Assembly: GCA_973851085.1 (NCBI GenBank)
Contig: OZ316776.1
Location: 14,570,001-14,634,000 of the forward strand
Direction: 5' to 3'
Source of the DNA: Ptychomitrium polyphyllum
Lineage: Eukaryota
DNA: 64,000 nucleotides
In this document: piece by piece, positions 1 through 14,333 of the stretch
Layout: every line of letters starts with the position of its first letter
How positions within the stretch are numbered: position 1 is the first letter of the stretch
Translations under genes and position numbers: made by a program
Notes under the pieces: generated by a model
What the model saw: the letters and a program-made list of their open reading frames with translations, nothing else
Database searches by the model: none
Told to the model about the DNA's origin: nothing

Positions 1-2703
1 AGCTTCCATCTCTGGTCTCTTGTCCCTAGCATCAGGACCCTCGTGAGACCTTACTATCAACTGTATCCATAACCACAACACCTCGATTTATTGAAGGTTC
101 CCTTTATGACTAAACTGCAAGCTACACAAGGTCTCCAATGAATATGAGCAGAAAAATAATGAAGCAAAAAACTAGAATGAGCTACAAAGCCATATGCATG
201 ACAACTTATTCATTATCAGCAAAGATCTTTTTAAAAGTAGGAAAGTCACATTATGATTCAAAAAGAGAAAAACATGAATTGCTAGCATGTGATACTAGCG
301 GCACTAAAAGAGCGTTCAGAACCTGGCTCTAAAGTGATTCAAATTTTACAACCTTCTAGCAACCTAGACATGAATTATCAGATAAAAAGACAGATTATGT
401 AATAGGGTCAAAATGATGGGTACCTTCAGCTTGTGTTTTTCCATAAACTCCTGCGTGCAGTCAGGGCCAAACAATAGGCCTATTCCACGAGAATTGTTAT
501 GAGAAAGCCCGTTCTTGGGTGAAGGGTCTGACCACAGTACGTCTCCAGAAACAACGTTTTGTCCGAATCCAGAAGGGTCTAGAACAATGCGTCTTGTCTT
601 TTGTAAGTCATCCAAAGTTCCAAGTTTTAAGGTATTATCAGCCTGATTTCGTCCCGGAAGCAACCGCCTGTCGCCAGCATTGAAGATGTTGTTCAGACAA
701 GCAAGCATGAAAAGACCTCTGTTGTGGATACGAACCACGAGCCCCCAACAAACGGTAAGAACTCACCTTGCCTACTTCACCAATTTGAGAAATAAAGATC
801 ACCACAACTTACGAGGGCTCGTTTCCAAAGACCATACCTGTAGCTCTTGCCTTTTTGTTTTTTAGGGGGATCTTTCTCAACCTGTCGAAAGAGGCCACCA
901 TGGGCCATGAACACACAACCAGCCACTCGGGCAGCAAGAGGATGTCCTTCAAAACAACCCAAACATTTGCGATACAAGTGCTTCGCTTGGTCGCCAAACT
1001 TCGACATAACTTCTTGCTCGAATCCATATGCAGTGGTACAAAATTTGGTCTCGTGGTTTCCCCGCAACATAAATACACGATGTGGTAATAAAAGCTGAAA
1101 GTTGATCAACGAACCCCTTAAATTGCAAACACATTCTCATAATACTCTTACTTACATGACACTGTAGAAGTTTCATATGCTAAGTTACACGACAACAGAA
1201 CAACTAAGCTTTGACTCTTTACATTGAAACTGAGAGCATGCGAAACCAATACCCACAGTATGGAACCAACAATACAATTATGTACTCGAAATTCTTTTTA
1301 AAATCAACGGCCACCAAATCTACTCATCCAAGGACTTCGACAGAGTAGAAGACGGTTGATTATCGTACCTTCCACGCTAGTAGATAGATGTAAGTTTCAA
1401 AGCCCCAGGCACCTCTGTCGACATAATCGCCATTGAACACAAATAAACGATTGGCAGAAGGGGGACCGGCGATTTCGAGAAGATGCAGCACGTCATGGAA
1501 CTGCCCATGAACATCTCCTACAAGTACTGCCTTACACGAAGAATCCACAAGTACTTCCACACAATTGGGCTCCCGATGCAAACACTTCAAGAACAATTTA
1601 GCTGGTCAGCAATGCTATCCCAGAACAAACATAGTAATTAAACTAAAGCACCAGTGCGTTAATGACTGTTATAGTTGCCTGATAAAGCCAACTAGCCAGC
1701 TCAATTGCCCAAGATGGACAATGCCAGACTTCCAAATTCCCAGAGATGCTCGGTTGTTCACTCATCACACAGGTTGAACCTAATAGGGTTTGATGTGAGC
1801 ATTTCTGATAGGGGATAGTTTTGAAGTTAGAACCAAAAAATGATTCTTTCTTCACAGGCAAGCGCTACGAGAGCTGGTGGCAGGGGATTCAAAACCAATA
1901 CCACAATTCTCTGCGACTCTAAATTCGAGTGAGTTAAGAGGCTAATGGTCGCGTCAAACAAAAGCCATAAACTCGAGATCCACCGCCGGTCGATAGTACT
2001 ACAGGGTTCGCCAGAAAGAAAGAAAAGCGATTTCTTACAGAAACGCACACGGAAAAGGATAGGCTCGCTCACCGTAAGTAAAAATTCCAAACATTATTTT
2101 CTCAAAACAATTCCACAAACCCGCTCTTCGCTAAAGTTCAGCTCACGCTTTCCTCCAACTCGTCTTATAAAACCTAAATTGCCATCCGAAAACTCCACCT
2201 TCGCACTTCTTTACCAGAATTAGCGAATCTCAGAGAAGCAGTACTGGCTCCATCAGAAGGGTACAGAATGTAGGCTCGAACGCTAGCAAGAGTGCCCTCA
2301 ACAACTTTCTTAGCATTCGCATTGCTACCAAGTCCTTCAGCAACGAGTAGCAAGAACAAGAGAGGAACCCAAGCGCCGCGAGATCGGAGCACAGTTCCCA
2401 CGACCGTCGCGAGGTCTCTCCTAGTTGAGAAAAAGAGAGGTTTACCTTGTGAGCTGCCAGCAGGAGCGAATCGAGCACGGACACCGGCAGCACGTTAGCG
2501 AGCTCGGTGGGCAGCAAGTTGCGCGAGGCGTAGTCCAGCGTCTTGCCCAACTCGCGCACCCACTCCAGCGTCAGCGCTCCATTCTCCGGCCACTTGATGG
2601 GACTCACGACAACGACCTTCCCTTCCTCGCTCTCCAGGTCGTCCCCTGCTGCTCGCCGCTGCTCCTCCTGCTGAGCGCTGGCGCGCGTGACGCGTCGGGC
2701 CAT
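1..2703 (-). CDS. PP7: Serine/threonine protein phosphatase 7 (PP7-type PPP phosphatase), 3'-truncated at window edge; exons approx 2446-2703, 1369-1584, 838-1094, 424-667, <1-60
   Basis: PPP motifs GDVHG, GDYVDRG, RGNHE, HGGLF, DVLWSDP and RSHE. The N-terminal WP..LTLEWV segment and basic insertion after HGGLFR are typical of PP7. GT-AG junctions give consistent phases. Confidence 0.92.
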
Positions 2704-4284
2704 GTACGCTGAGTGGTGTTCGTAATGTCTCTTAACCGCATCGCTGTTCTACCACACCACAACCCAGCTTCAACGCGAACCCAACTCCCCACAGAAAACA
2801 CCACAAACCCGTGGGTTTTGCGCAACCTGAGCACATTCAATCACCGCGCACGCACAGCACGCTCGTCATGGAGCGCACGCGGAGACGAGAGACCCCGCCG
2901 TCGTGGAATGAGAGTGACTCCAAGTCTCCACCCGAGCAGAGACTCGCAAGTACTCTTGCGAGTTCGCCTCCTGCTTTCTTCAAAGTTCAATTGGATTGGG
3001 CTTGCGTGGGTCCGGACTCAGAGTGATGATGTACCGGGCTGCAGTTCGTTGCTGCTACTTTTTTCTTTGTCTGGGTTTGTCCGGTTTGTAACTAATCTTA
3101 GAAACGATCTGGCCTGCCGGCCGCTCTGCCGATACTCGCAAGAGCACTCGCAGTGTCAGATTTCTCCCTCTCTCCCTCTCTTTCTCTGTGTCTTTCTCTG
3201 TCATGTTCCTGGCGCCTTCGGTGTCAGGCTTCTCTTGCTGCCAACTGAGCAGCGGCCGCCTCGTTTTTCTTTGTCCTCGATTTTTTTCCTCTCTATTTTT
3301 GTTGTGAACAAAAGGACCCTTTAAAGTTCCATTGCAGAAATAACATGCAAGAGAAAGCCGATCACATCGAAATTCTCCGCTCCTGTATCATTATCTTAAG
3401 TTGACACAAATGAACTAGTGAACCATTCCATTGCAAAACAAATAGAGTACATATCTGTCATTTCTTCTGGGTTTCTTACTGCCGTTCTTTTTCATTTATA
3501 TTAATCCTTTCGTAAAAAGCTGACATGAAATCGGTTCTTGCTTTTGATTTAAAAGGGGGAGAAAATAGACGTTTACATGATTTTGGGAAAGCAGTTGTGC
3601 AGCGTTGTGAGTGACGATTGCACTGCCGCAAAAATTCTTTGAATCATAGTTCCAAAAAACCTGCTTCAGGCCGTTTTATTGGTGACATGAGCATGATTAT
3701 CCAGGAAGAAAACATAATTAGAGGAGCGAGATTTGAGTCACATGACATTGAGTACATACATGTAAATGGATTACACCACACTACGAACAGTAACTTGTCC
3801 TGTTCTATGATTCCAACAATTTGCAACAGTGACATGAACAAGTTGCAACGAGCAGCCCAAACGCCCTGTATACGGTAGGGTAAGCATTTCAAAAACGAGG
3901 CTGCAGCTCTTCTCAGATCAACTCTCTTTGGAGATGCTTTAGCATAGAACTTCTCGGTTTAGGCATGTTGTTATTGAGTACATCCTCCTAGGAGGTTTCG
4001 ATGGTTCTCCATACTATATATACTATGACAGTGGCCAATCTAAGTAACAGCTAGATCAAGGCTGAAATAAATCTTTTGAGTGCTCTGTTGAATCCCTTCC
4101 AAGTACGGTACATACCGTGGGACCTTCAACATACTTTATGTTGCACTTATATCGGTACTTTGAAACAATCAGAGGTTGACTTCATCTACTGTACTATCCA
4201 TCTAAGTATAATAGACCCTCGTGTACATGAGTCACAATCAACAACGCTTTCACACACACAAGGTATCCATGCCATGGATGTTAA

Positions 4285-5168
4285 TCAGTTTTTCCTGCCT
4301 TCTACCAGGAGTATATGGAAGCCTTGCCTGCATAATTGAGCAACATTCCACCAACAGTTGAGTAGTAACTTACTGACAATGCGAGCAATCTTATTCATGA
4401 TCTTTGTTGCTGTTTGCTCTCTACAACAGCTTAGAATATGACCACGCTTCTGGATGTACTCAGAAAAAATTATTGAGACTTAACATCCCTCCTGTAATCT
4501 ACAAGGATTTAGCTGGTGAAGAAAATTACGATGATTGGAAGACACTGCTGACAGCACCCACAGGAGTGGTGAATGCAACCTCTTGGAAAGGCCCTGCCGA
4601 GCCTGGTTTAGCTCGAGCAACCCATCCTAAGTCCCCTCCAAGCTTCGAGGATGGACATACTGAATATTTTTCTGCAAGCTGCACACATAAACTGAAAGAT
4701 TTCGTCGATAATCCTTTGAGGTACACTCTAAGACATCTTAGCTGCCCTCAATTGCTCGAACCATTAGTTGTCTCCCTAATTTTTCTCTAATTGATCTTAA
4801 ACTTTGAACCATTCATCATAACCAAAAGCTGAGTGTTTATTACAAAGAAAAGATACGAGGTGGTGAAGATTCTTACTTTGCCAAAATCCTGGGGAGGCAC
4901 TTTGTGGCCATAGGCTAACCAGCCCTTTTGCAGTTGGTCATACACATCCGTCATTAGACCTTGCTTATCTGATAGGATATGTCTGACTGCCATCATACAA
5001 ATTCAATTGGTTAGTACCTACGTTGAGTACCATGTGAGAATGCTCCTAATTAATGGTTCAAAATCCAGTGTAAGAGGAACATATATCTCTACGAAATTGT
5101 TTAGACCTGCTTGAGTGTGACAGTCTCTGTCTACCTTTAACGTAAGTGCAAGTTCCCATGGAATCCAT
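4285..5168 (-). CDS. Parvulin-type peptidyl-prolyl cis-trans isomerase, PIN4/Par14 class; exons approx 5135-5168(+), 4877-4986, 4530-4678, 4285-4327
   Basis: Spliced product MDSMGTCTYVKVRHILSDKQG...[27 protein letters not shown]...AGPFQEVAFTTPVG...QGFHILLVEGRKN*, matching the plant PIN4-like parvulin pattern. Splice phases are consistent; the start codon is uncertain. Confidence 0.85.
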
Positions 5169-5809
5169 CTTTGACTCACGCCGGGCTTGTACAGTTTGTT
5201 CTTGATTAATTTGCGCCGAGCTCTTGCCTAATCTCTGTCATGATCAACGCCAATTTCAGCTTTAATCTCTGTCTATGCATTGAACAGAATTACACACTTC
5301 CAGTTACTAGTGAACTAAAGCTACCACAAAATCCCAGCTTAACCCGCGAGTTAGAACCCAACCACTGGTTCCACATCAGTACCCACCTTCACTCTATACA
5401 TGTACCGGTCGGTAGGTGATGTATCCAACCTTTCACCTTACTACTCACAGTGCTATTCAGATTGTTATTCTCAGTTTAGTACTCAATAATATATACTGCC
5501 TTTGCGTTCTTCCCCGACGCGAAGAATCTAGCTTGTAGATTGTGACCTTTAGACAACCAAACTAGCCCTTCACGATTCGTTAACCGACGCCATCGCTATT
5601 GGGTATGGTAGACACACCTAACGTGCCTGAAATCTATGCCCCACCGAGAAACAGAAACCTCGGTACACTTGAAATGAATACCGTTCTTACATCTATCCGT
5701 TTCGGAAACACCCAACCTATACCTTACGATGCATTCATGCGAATCTTATGTGTCACACAACTCCCGTGAACCGGATGAATCCCATGAATCAAGTGAAAAC
5801 AGTTGAACC

Positions 5810-7880
5810 TTCTCCCCCCACGATGCTTGGCCTCTGAGCTAGCTTGGCCGACCCATCGAGCATCCCTCTAAGCTAGAGTCCCCTCAGCGAAATCTCTGGC
5901 AACAAAACCACATTCTGTTTCTCTTAATCTGTTAGCAGCGAAAAATAGTGGAAGTGAGTAACTGTTCAAAGAAGAAGATGCACCTTCCCAATTCGTTGAG
6001 ATACCAATCTTAACAGCGAGGATACTAAACCCTTGAACATAACTTGTAGAGCTATGAACACTACACACAGCTAAACGAGCCAAGCTGAAGAACTAAACAG
6101 CTGACATAAAAATGAAGAATTTAAAAAAATAAATAGAAACCCGTTTTATCCCATTCGAAAAGTTGATTACTCGCCTGAGTCATAATCGAAGTTCGGTTGA
6201 ATGCAACAGCATTGATCAAAGATGATTTTTTCCGACCTGGAACAAAATTCGCACTACTTTTTCTCCTATCCAGAAACGATTTCGTCCTGCTTTGTGAAAA
6301 TCTCCCAGTATGTGAATTTTCGAGTGAATTTAGATCCCGCTGACCGACGTCCAAACTCGATCCCCACAAAGAGCTCCGTGAATATCTCCTTTTCTCATCC
6401 AATTCCATCAAGTGCGCTGGCCTGGTCCAACATGTTTGTAACGTCAGACCTCTTCAAACCTTGGTGCAAAATGGGAAAAAAACTAAAATGAACTTTACAA
6501 GAGCAAAGCGAAGCAGCATGCTGGGATTCTTTGCATACCTGATGAGAAGGTCTTTGAATTGAGATCCCCGTCTTCGTGCCTCATCAGCATGCATATCATG
6601 TGCGCTGTAAGAATCGTTTCTGTATTTTCCTTCCGGATCACTGCAATCAATCTGGGCAGCTTTATTCTTCATAAGTCGTTTCTGATCTTTGGACATGCCT
6701 AGAGGCCGCGTCTTCATCGGACCAGGTTCCAAGGTTCCGTGGCGATCCTGGGAAGAGTGAACTGCCTGGGTCTCTTTCCATTCTTCGATTTCAATTACAG
6801 CATCATTGCGGAAGCTTTTAATGAACGTTTCTTCTTTCACTGCCGTCAACTCGCGAACGCTTTTCTGTCTTTCTTTGACGACAGCCATGGCGGCAGAAAC
6901 GGCGTTTCCCAATTGACACGAAAGCAAAGTCAATTACGAACACTAACGTCTTCGAGCAACCGTGCCATCGAACATGGCCAATGGTCCCTAAGAATCCTTA
7001 CCTTGGTTTTAATCTTGTAAGGCAACATTCTCTTTCTACATGGCTAATCCATCACACTCCGAATACCAGGCTCGTATGGCTTGGAGCATGGACGAAAGTA
7101 CAGCCTTCGCTTGAAAATCATCGGTTTCGTAACGCTGAATGAAAGCAGCGGCGCATTCTTCCACGACAACATGAACGCAGATTGTACGCTTCTAAAGTTG
7201 TCCTTTCTCACATTCCTCACGATTAAAAAATCTCCAATTCGCAATGAAAATATATTGTCCCTGCCTATTCGTGCCAACAAAACACGAGGAAAACAAAATA
7301 GTCACGCATCTCACTGTCTCTTCCGCAAGAATTACTGCTTATTGGGTTCGGATCACGAGGAGCAGATTATTCGTCCTTACATCGTCAAGACATAGGATCC
7401 AAGTGAATTCTTCTCCATCTTTCGTCACCCACCTCTGTCGGAAGATAGACCAATAGCGCACAGCTCTCATCGACCCGCAAATGACCATGGCCGGATATTT
7501 GTACAAGACTTCCAGGAAATCTTTCTCTGCCTCTATTTTCGCTGAAAATCTACAGTCGACCGGAAGAAGATGTTGATGCACTTGGACACCAAGAACAGCT
7601 GAGAATCCAATGTGGTTTCAAAGTCCAAGGGAAAAACCACACAAACTGACTGTTTTAGGTCAAGCCCTAGGGTTGATCGGCGAGCTAAACAAACCATCCG
7701 AGCTAATCCCCCTAAACCACACTTAGTGGACGTCAAGACGAGAAGGGACTCACTAAGACTGCTTAACAATTACCCAAACAACGCAATAACAATACTGCAA
7801 TAGCAAAGCTCATGGCACAGGGTAGCGTTTACCTGCCTGACGACGGAAGAAGCTGGCTGTAGGTCCTCTGTACAAATCCA
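5810..7880 (-). CDS. Uncharacterised multi-exon protein-coding region
   Basis: Protein-like minus-strand ORF pieces (7339-7581, 6454-6933, 6121-6411) with several GTAAG-type donors. No family recognised; boundaries approximate. Confidence 0.4.
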
Positions 7881-8204
7881 GTTGGTGCCTCACAATCGAT
7901 CAATTGCAAAAACACGCTTGTAGGTTGAGTTTTTGTTCTGTAACGTGGATCATATGTACTGCTCTCTTCATGCAACCTAAATCAACCCGGAAAAGGGAAG
8001 CAATGGTCATGAATCCACCGTCCTAGATCATACGTCCATGAACTGTCTTAGACTGGTCATCAACGATTTACACTTTCAAAGTAGTCAACTCAGCAAAGTA
8101 GGAGCGACGATGCTATCACAAATCAAGCCCTCGGAATAATACCTCAGAGGACGGGAGAAAGTGGCCAAGTTCTTGTCGGCAACCCAACTCACCTGATGCT
8201 ATCA

Positions 8205-8310
8205 CGGTGCATGGAGTGCACACTCATGCATGCATGCAGCAAATGAAACAAATGAACGTCGACGTGCACGCCATGCACACCATGCAAATATGGCCGCACG
8301 TTCGCCACGC
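8205..8310. promoter_or_regulatory. Cluster of RY (CATGCA) motifs with ACGT cores upstream of the minus-strand gene
   Basis: catgcatgcatgca, ccatgcac, ccatgcaa, gacgtg and cacgtt within about 100 bp. Confidence 0.35.
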
Positions 8311-9259
8311 ACTCGCTCGGCCACGAACTCGCTTGCACTGCAGCCAGGGAGGAGTGCAGAGATTTCCTTGCAAGTTGCCATGATGCCAAATGTGACTGAG
8401 TTCTGGTGAGCTTTCTACAATACAACTTATTTTTGGTTTCCCAGCGGATTGCTTGTGAGGTTCACTGTTGGGCAAGGAGTCCATCTTCAACATTATATTC
8501 ATGATATTTTTCTTGTTTCTAGTGAATGAATAATCAATGTACTTTTAAATCTTTCATAAATAATGCTTTTTAAATGGCCTCATTGGTGTTTATGTAATTT
8601 TCATTCAAGATATTTTCATGTGTCATGTGATGTTTTTACAAATATTATATTCTTCTTTTTTGAATCTATCACTTTGTCATGAGTTGACGTGGTTACTTGA
8701 ACTTGGACCTTCCAAATTGTAAAATCTAAAACATATAGTATAAGTTTAATCCATCCAAGTCACAACTATTTTCTCATTTTTAGCATCATTTTTAGTGTCT
8801 TCTTAAATTTTTGAATGTATTTTCCTTTAAAAATAATTTGGCTAGATTTTTTTTCTTTCTTAAGTTTATACTACAATAAAAAGAAAAGATATTGAAATTG
8901 TTTTCAAATAACAAAAATAACAATTCTTTCCTCAGATATGAAACTAAGTCATTAGAACTGAAATGCAATTAATATTCTCGTTTTTCTTGGACGGAAATGA
9001 TAGAAATGAAATTTAATTAGGAGTCTTCAAATAAAGACCTCATTTACTACTCCAAAATCAAAAGAATGTATTGCTTACTAAATATGCATGTATACATGTA
9101 AAAGTTTTGTACTTGAATATTTTATTTTTTAAAAACATTTTCAATATTAAAAATCAAGGTGAAAGTATTATAGTTTATGTATTACAATGTAATAAGGTAG
9201 ATTTTCTTAGATTTGGTTTTATACAATTATTTTTGTTTTATTATTGGAAGACAAAACAA

Positions 9260-9320
9260 TACATATATAGATACATACATATATAGATAGATACATATAT
9301 CATATATTCATATATTCATC
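9260..9320. repeat. Degenerate AT/ATAC/ATAG microsatellite
   Basis: acatatatagatacatacatatatagatagatacatatatcatattcatatattcat. Confidence 0.7.
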
Positions 9321-10039
9321 CGTTGTTAGAAATATTATGTAATTTTTCTGTATCATGAGTTGGTTTGCTAACATTATTATAAAATAAAAACAATAATTGT
9401 TTATTATTATTGAAGTATTCAAAATTTAATACACAATATTTATAAAAATACTATATGACATATAAAAATGTTATGAATAATGTTTATACAAATACTAATA
9501 AGGTCAATTTGAAAAAAAAAAATTTATAAAGAAATTTTAAAAGTATATTAACAGGTTATTCATTAAAAACAAGGAAAAATTTAACATTTACAAAGGTGTT
9601 GTTTTTATGAATAAAATTTTTTAATTATGATAAAAAGAATAAATAAGCAAGCCTTTACAATTACAGTTATAAATTGACTTGAATTTAACATCATTTTTTA
9701 ATTTCTAAGACATTTAAGATCTTTAAATATAAATGGTAATGAATCAAAATTATTATTAGATATTAATATTGGCATCAAGATTTTTTATTGGTCCATCCAC
9801 CCACCTTGTCCGTATATCTATCCAAATATCTAATAAACCTCATATCTATCTAATAATAGTCAATTGAAGTTTGACCAACAATAGAATAATTACAATTTAT
9901 CTTGTCCATGTCATTTGCTATGTGGTTGTCAAGTCATAGATTTAACTAAAAATGAAAATAAATTAGAGGCACATGTACAAAAGTAAAGAAAGAGGTGCAC
10001 GTAGTGTAGTAAGGCAAATGCATCATTTAGCAAGGCGTG

Positions 10040-11660
10040 CGCAATTCAATGGGGCGTTTTTGCAAATTATTTGTTGTGCACCTCTCTTTGAGAAGTACTC
10101 GCAACACTAAGGACACAAAGGAGATCCCAGAGTGATGTCCAAAATTTGTAGCGCCGATAGTGAGATGATCCAAGTGGATCTAGCGTGGAAAGAACTCCAA
10201 AGGGGAGAAAAATCTTTGCTCATTAAGACAAAGAATTACGAAGCAGAAATTGGAGGCATTAGATACCCCTCAACAAGTTGATTCTAAAATGCTAAGGATC
10301 ACTCAAATCGAACAAGGGAGCTAAAAAATATGGTATCTTTAAATCGGGGCTGCCCAAAGGTTGTTCTAGACCGTAGCAATCCTAGACTGTGACTATGCTA
10401 GACTAGGACAGTGCAGTGTAGAAGTCTCGAACCTTGGAAGAGGCATATGTCTCAAAATACTAACTCAAATTGGACGTTTGAAGAGTCTATCAGCAACTAC
10501 GCAAAGAATAAATGATAATAGAGTAATTGCTTGATAAATTTGGAAACCGGACGTAGAAGATATGGCTCCCTGAAGGTCCACAGGAAGTTCCAAAGACTTC
10601 CATCGACTAAGTCCCAAAGGAGATTGGATGGTCTTCCAAATTTTTAGGTGTGTTGGGGTTCAGCCAACTACAGAGGGTCAAGGGGCATGCCAAATTCCAC
10701 AGAGAGTATTATAAAGTAGGATTGGTCTCCATCCTCACTCTGATAGTGTCTTGGTAGGAACTAAAGGTGAATCCTGGTGGTTGGAGCTAATATAAGGGCT
10801 TCATTACGACAACTCCCATACCATTGTGAGCCGGGAAGTGGCAAGTTTTACAAAAGGAACTAGTGAGTTCTAAAAGATGCGCTAGTTATCACTAGGTTGA
10901 GGTGGTATCTTTACACCGGCACCATGATAGCCTAGGGTGATCTTCAGATTATATGGAATCATGAGTGGTGGTGGAGAGACATCACTAAGTGCAGTTAGGC
11001 CGTGTGGAATGGGAATAATACCAAGTAAGGCCTTGGATATGAATGGAAGTTTGGACCTAATTATTGACTATCAACCAATTAAGTGTCCTAAGATAAATGA
11101 ATAGGAAAAATTGGAAATCAAGCTTCGGACTTGGAAAGTGAAAATGGAGGTTAACCATGTGTATGTGAGGGTGTATAGGGATTGGCGTGCATGACGTTTT
11201 TAAAGATGCATTACAAGGATTGCAACATTAGTGGAGTGTTTGTATAATTTTGTGAGGTGCATGCGTAATTCAATTAAGTGCATGCACAATTTAAAACTTG
11301 GAGTTGCTAGAATAATGGTGAAGGAGCATGAGAAGAAAAGCAAAGAAGTGACTTTAGAGTTTGAAAACTTAGAGAAGATACGGAAAAGAAAAAAGGGAGA
11401 AAAATGCTTAGAAAGAGACACGTAGTTTAAAGTGGGAGATTTGTACAAAATGAAGGGCGTAGGAAATTAGGAAAGCCCATGAGAAAAGAAGAGTGCAGGA
11501 TTGGCTAGTAATCTAAAAAAGAAAGTGGTTGTGCATGTGTGAAAAAAGGTGCACATTTGTGGGAAGATAAGGACGTAGAAGAGGTTGAAAAGGTAGCAAA
11601 TGAGAAGAAAATTGTAAATGGCTTGAGGTAGAGGCATGGAGCAATATAGAGTATATAGTC
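10040..11660 (+). mobile_element. Degenerate LTR-retrotransposon-like remnant
   Basis: A purine-rich, higher-GC island inside AT-rich intergenic DNA. It has a TGGTATC (PBS-like) motif near 10904 followed by stop-interrupted, K/E-rich gag-like reading (11231-11425). No intact domain is visible. Confidence 0.4.
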
Positions 11661-14333
11661 ATGTTTTATTTCCATCTTAGTATATGGTTTTTAAAAATTG
11701 GTTTAAAAAAAAGAATATTCAAATTATGTAAATTTTATTCAACAACCACGAGTACAAAGGTGGCTTAAGAAGTCCACATTTGGAATGTATTAAAACAATT
11801 ATTTGCCATAAAATTATCAATATTCAAAATTAAGAGTTCATTTTAGATGGTGAAGTAAAATTAAATTAAAATTGGGCTTGCAATTTCATATGGCAACATT
11901 AGCAAATTGTTCAATTCTTCTACAACTTTTAGCATTATGAACTTATTTTTAATATCCTCACAAGTTAATGTACTAATTTTAAAATGAACAAATTGTATCA
12001 TGGCGATCCATTAAGAATGAGTTGTTTTTTTTTTCTCACTATGTTTGTATTATTAGCATGACATATACATATGTACACAAATGTATATAATTTGAAACAA
12101 AATTAGGTATGTTTTTTCATATTAATTATAAGTAATGGATTCTATACTATTTTATCACTAAAATTATAGAACCACTTCAACTTTGCAATAAAAATTTTAA
12201 TGTTTTTTTCCAATAATATAGATATTTGAAATACATATATTTATATGATTAATTTTCAATTGAAAAACAAATCAAAAGTTTGCAAAGAACATAATTTTTT
12301 CATTAAAGAACATTAGACTTTTATTTACAATTCTAATACCAAATTAAAAATAGAAGCTTCTAAAATCCATGCAAATATCATATATTCACATTGTATTATA
12401 AATATAAACAAGCTTTCTAATTTACTCATTATTGTAATATTTTAATTGTGCTATTTATTTTTTTATAAGCAACACATAATACATATGACTATATACTAAC
12501 AAAATTACACTTGATTTGCTAAAAAATTTATTCATATTTAAGTATTTAATAAATTATTTCTTCTAGCTATATATCATAATAGTACATACAAGTGTGCGTT
12601 AAACCACTACATAAAATCAGTAGGTATTTATTTTTTAAACAAACTTATTTGCCCTGCATGTTAGAACTGACATGTTCATCTAATTGTTTGGTCCAAAGAA
12701 AGCAAGTTTAGAACCATGTCCGCTTAATAAGACAACTTTGATTAGCATAGGCCATTCTATAAAAACCTTATCAAACTAAAATTCCAAAGGATCTTTTTAA
12801 ATGTACAACTACTCTCCATATAATGGTTTTAGGAATAAATTTCACCATTGACTTTATGTTTCATCATAATCATCATTGTATTAATGCTTTAAATGGAATT
12901 TTTTCAAATATTCAATTGCATATGGATGCTTTACTTTATGAGGCCATTTCTATCTCATCCAATGATTTTGTAGATCTACTAGCATTAAACTCCAAAATTG
13001 TAAGACTTCAAAACTTTGGAAATTTTAAATACAATATTGTTTATTTTACAAAGCCACAACATTTTAATACTATATTTATGAAGTCATTCTAAGTAAATAT
13101 GATATCTACCACATAATATTCTTCGTCCATAAAGTTGAAAAATTCTATGCTTATAAATGTTCCTTTCTATTATCCTACACATTCACATTGACCACCAAGA
13201 TATTTCCTATAGAATTTCTTAAATATTGTTGTAGTAATTTTAAAAAGTTACAACAGAAAATAATACAAAGTATGCACAATGTTGTTAATATCAACAATGT
13301 ACTGATCACCCTGTAAACTGATTTCAAAGAATATGCTTGACGCCCACTTCACGTAGGGCTGAGAATGATATGTACACTTGGACCTGTAATCAACTATTTA
13401 GAGTTTTTATCAATTGACTCCAATACTCGATTCTGCTGCAGTAGTTCTTAATACTGTAGCCGTTAGTGAGTCGGTATTCTAGTCGGGATTGAATGCGCGG
13501 AAATTAGAGATAATCAAAGCTGGGCCCAGTCTGGTCTTTACGGAGGTCTGATGCATTCAGATTTTCAGCACAGCATCGCAGCAACAACCGTCAGTAACGT
13601 AGTCGGCAAGGAACCAGCTTGCAAGCTTCTGGAATATTTTCCACTTACCAGGTTCGGCCCGGCCGACCAAATTTTACGGAATGGCCTCCAACGATCAGGC
13701 CGGAGCATTGATTAATTAGAAATCTGGATTTTGGTCCAACTGGTCTACACGTGTGTACTTGCTACGTACTGGCCTCCAGGACAGCAAAGTCAAAGGTCTG
13801 CAAGGGTACTGACAACTATGAATCCCTTGGGCACACATTCTCCCTCCATCTCACTCCTTGCTTTTTGTCAACTTTAAGCAGTCTTGTAAGAATTCAATAG
13901 CTTGGTCTGTGCATGTGCTAAAGAGCTTCACAACTCCAGAATTATTGAGGTACGTGGTCACACCCTTGTTGCTTTTATGAAGCAAAGTTCAAGTGCTGGC
14001 TTAGTCTGTCGTTCAACAAAACCAATCTACATACGAGGAGTTGGAGTGTGATTAATTTCTGCACTGGGTTACCATGGATGATTATCTGTAGGGGAGAACA
14101 GAGCGTTAACTGTCGACAGACAGTCCTCTGTAATATCGACTGGTAAGACGTCGTGCCAGTTATGTTGAAGCTAAACCGACAGAGTACTGACACAGCATCT
14201 GCTGATTAATTGGGTGCAACGTCTGTTTGCTTTGACTTAATGTTGGTCCGTTTCAATTACTGACAAATTAAAATTCTTGTCTAATTATTTAAGCATAGAG
14301 CCGTGCAGATTGGCAGATTCGGCCAGCTGCATC

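Noticed and set aside
762..780. Possible microexon in PP7 intron 3 (strong AAG|GTGAGT donor)
   Set aside because: The flanking exons already splice in phase, and the candidate 5- or 8-nt exons would frameshift
2713..3324. 203-aa plus-strand ORF upstream of PP7
   Set aside because: Overlaps promoter/5'UTR-like CT-rich sequence, has a non-ATG start and no recognisable domain
7650..7720. ccctaaacc motif as a telomerase RNA template or telomere seed
   Set aside because: Incomplete template, no USE/TATA promoter nearby and no repeat array
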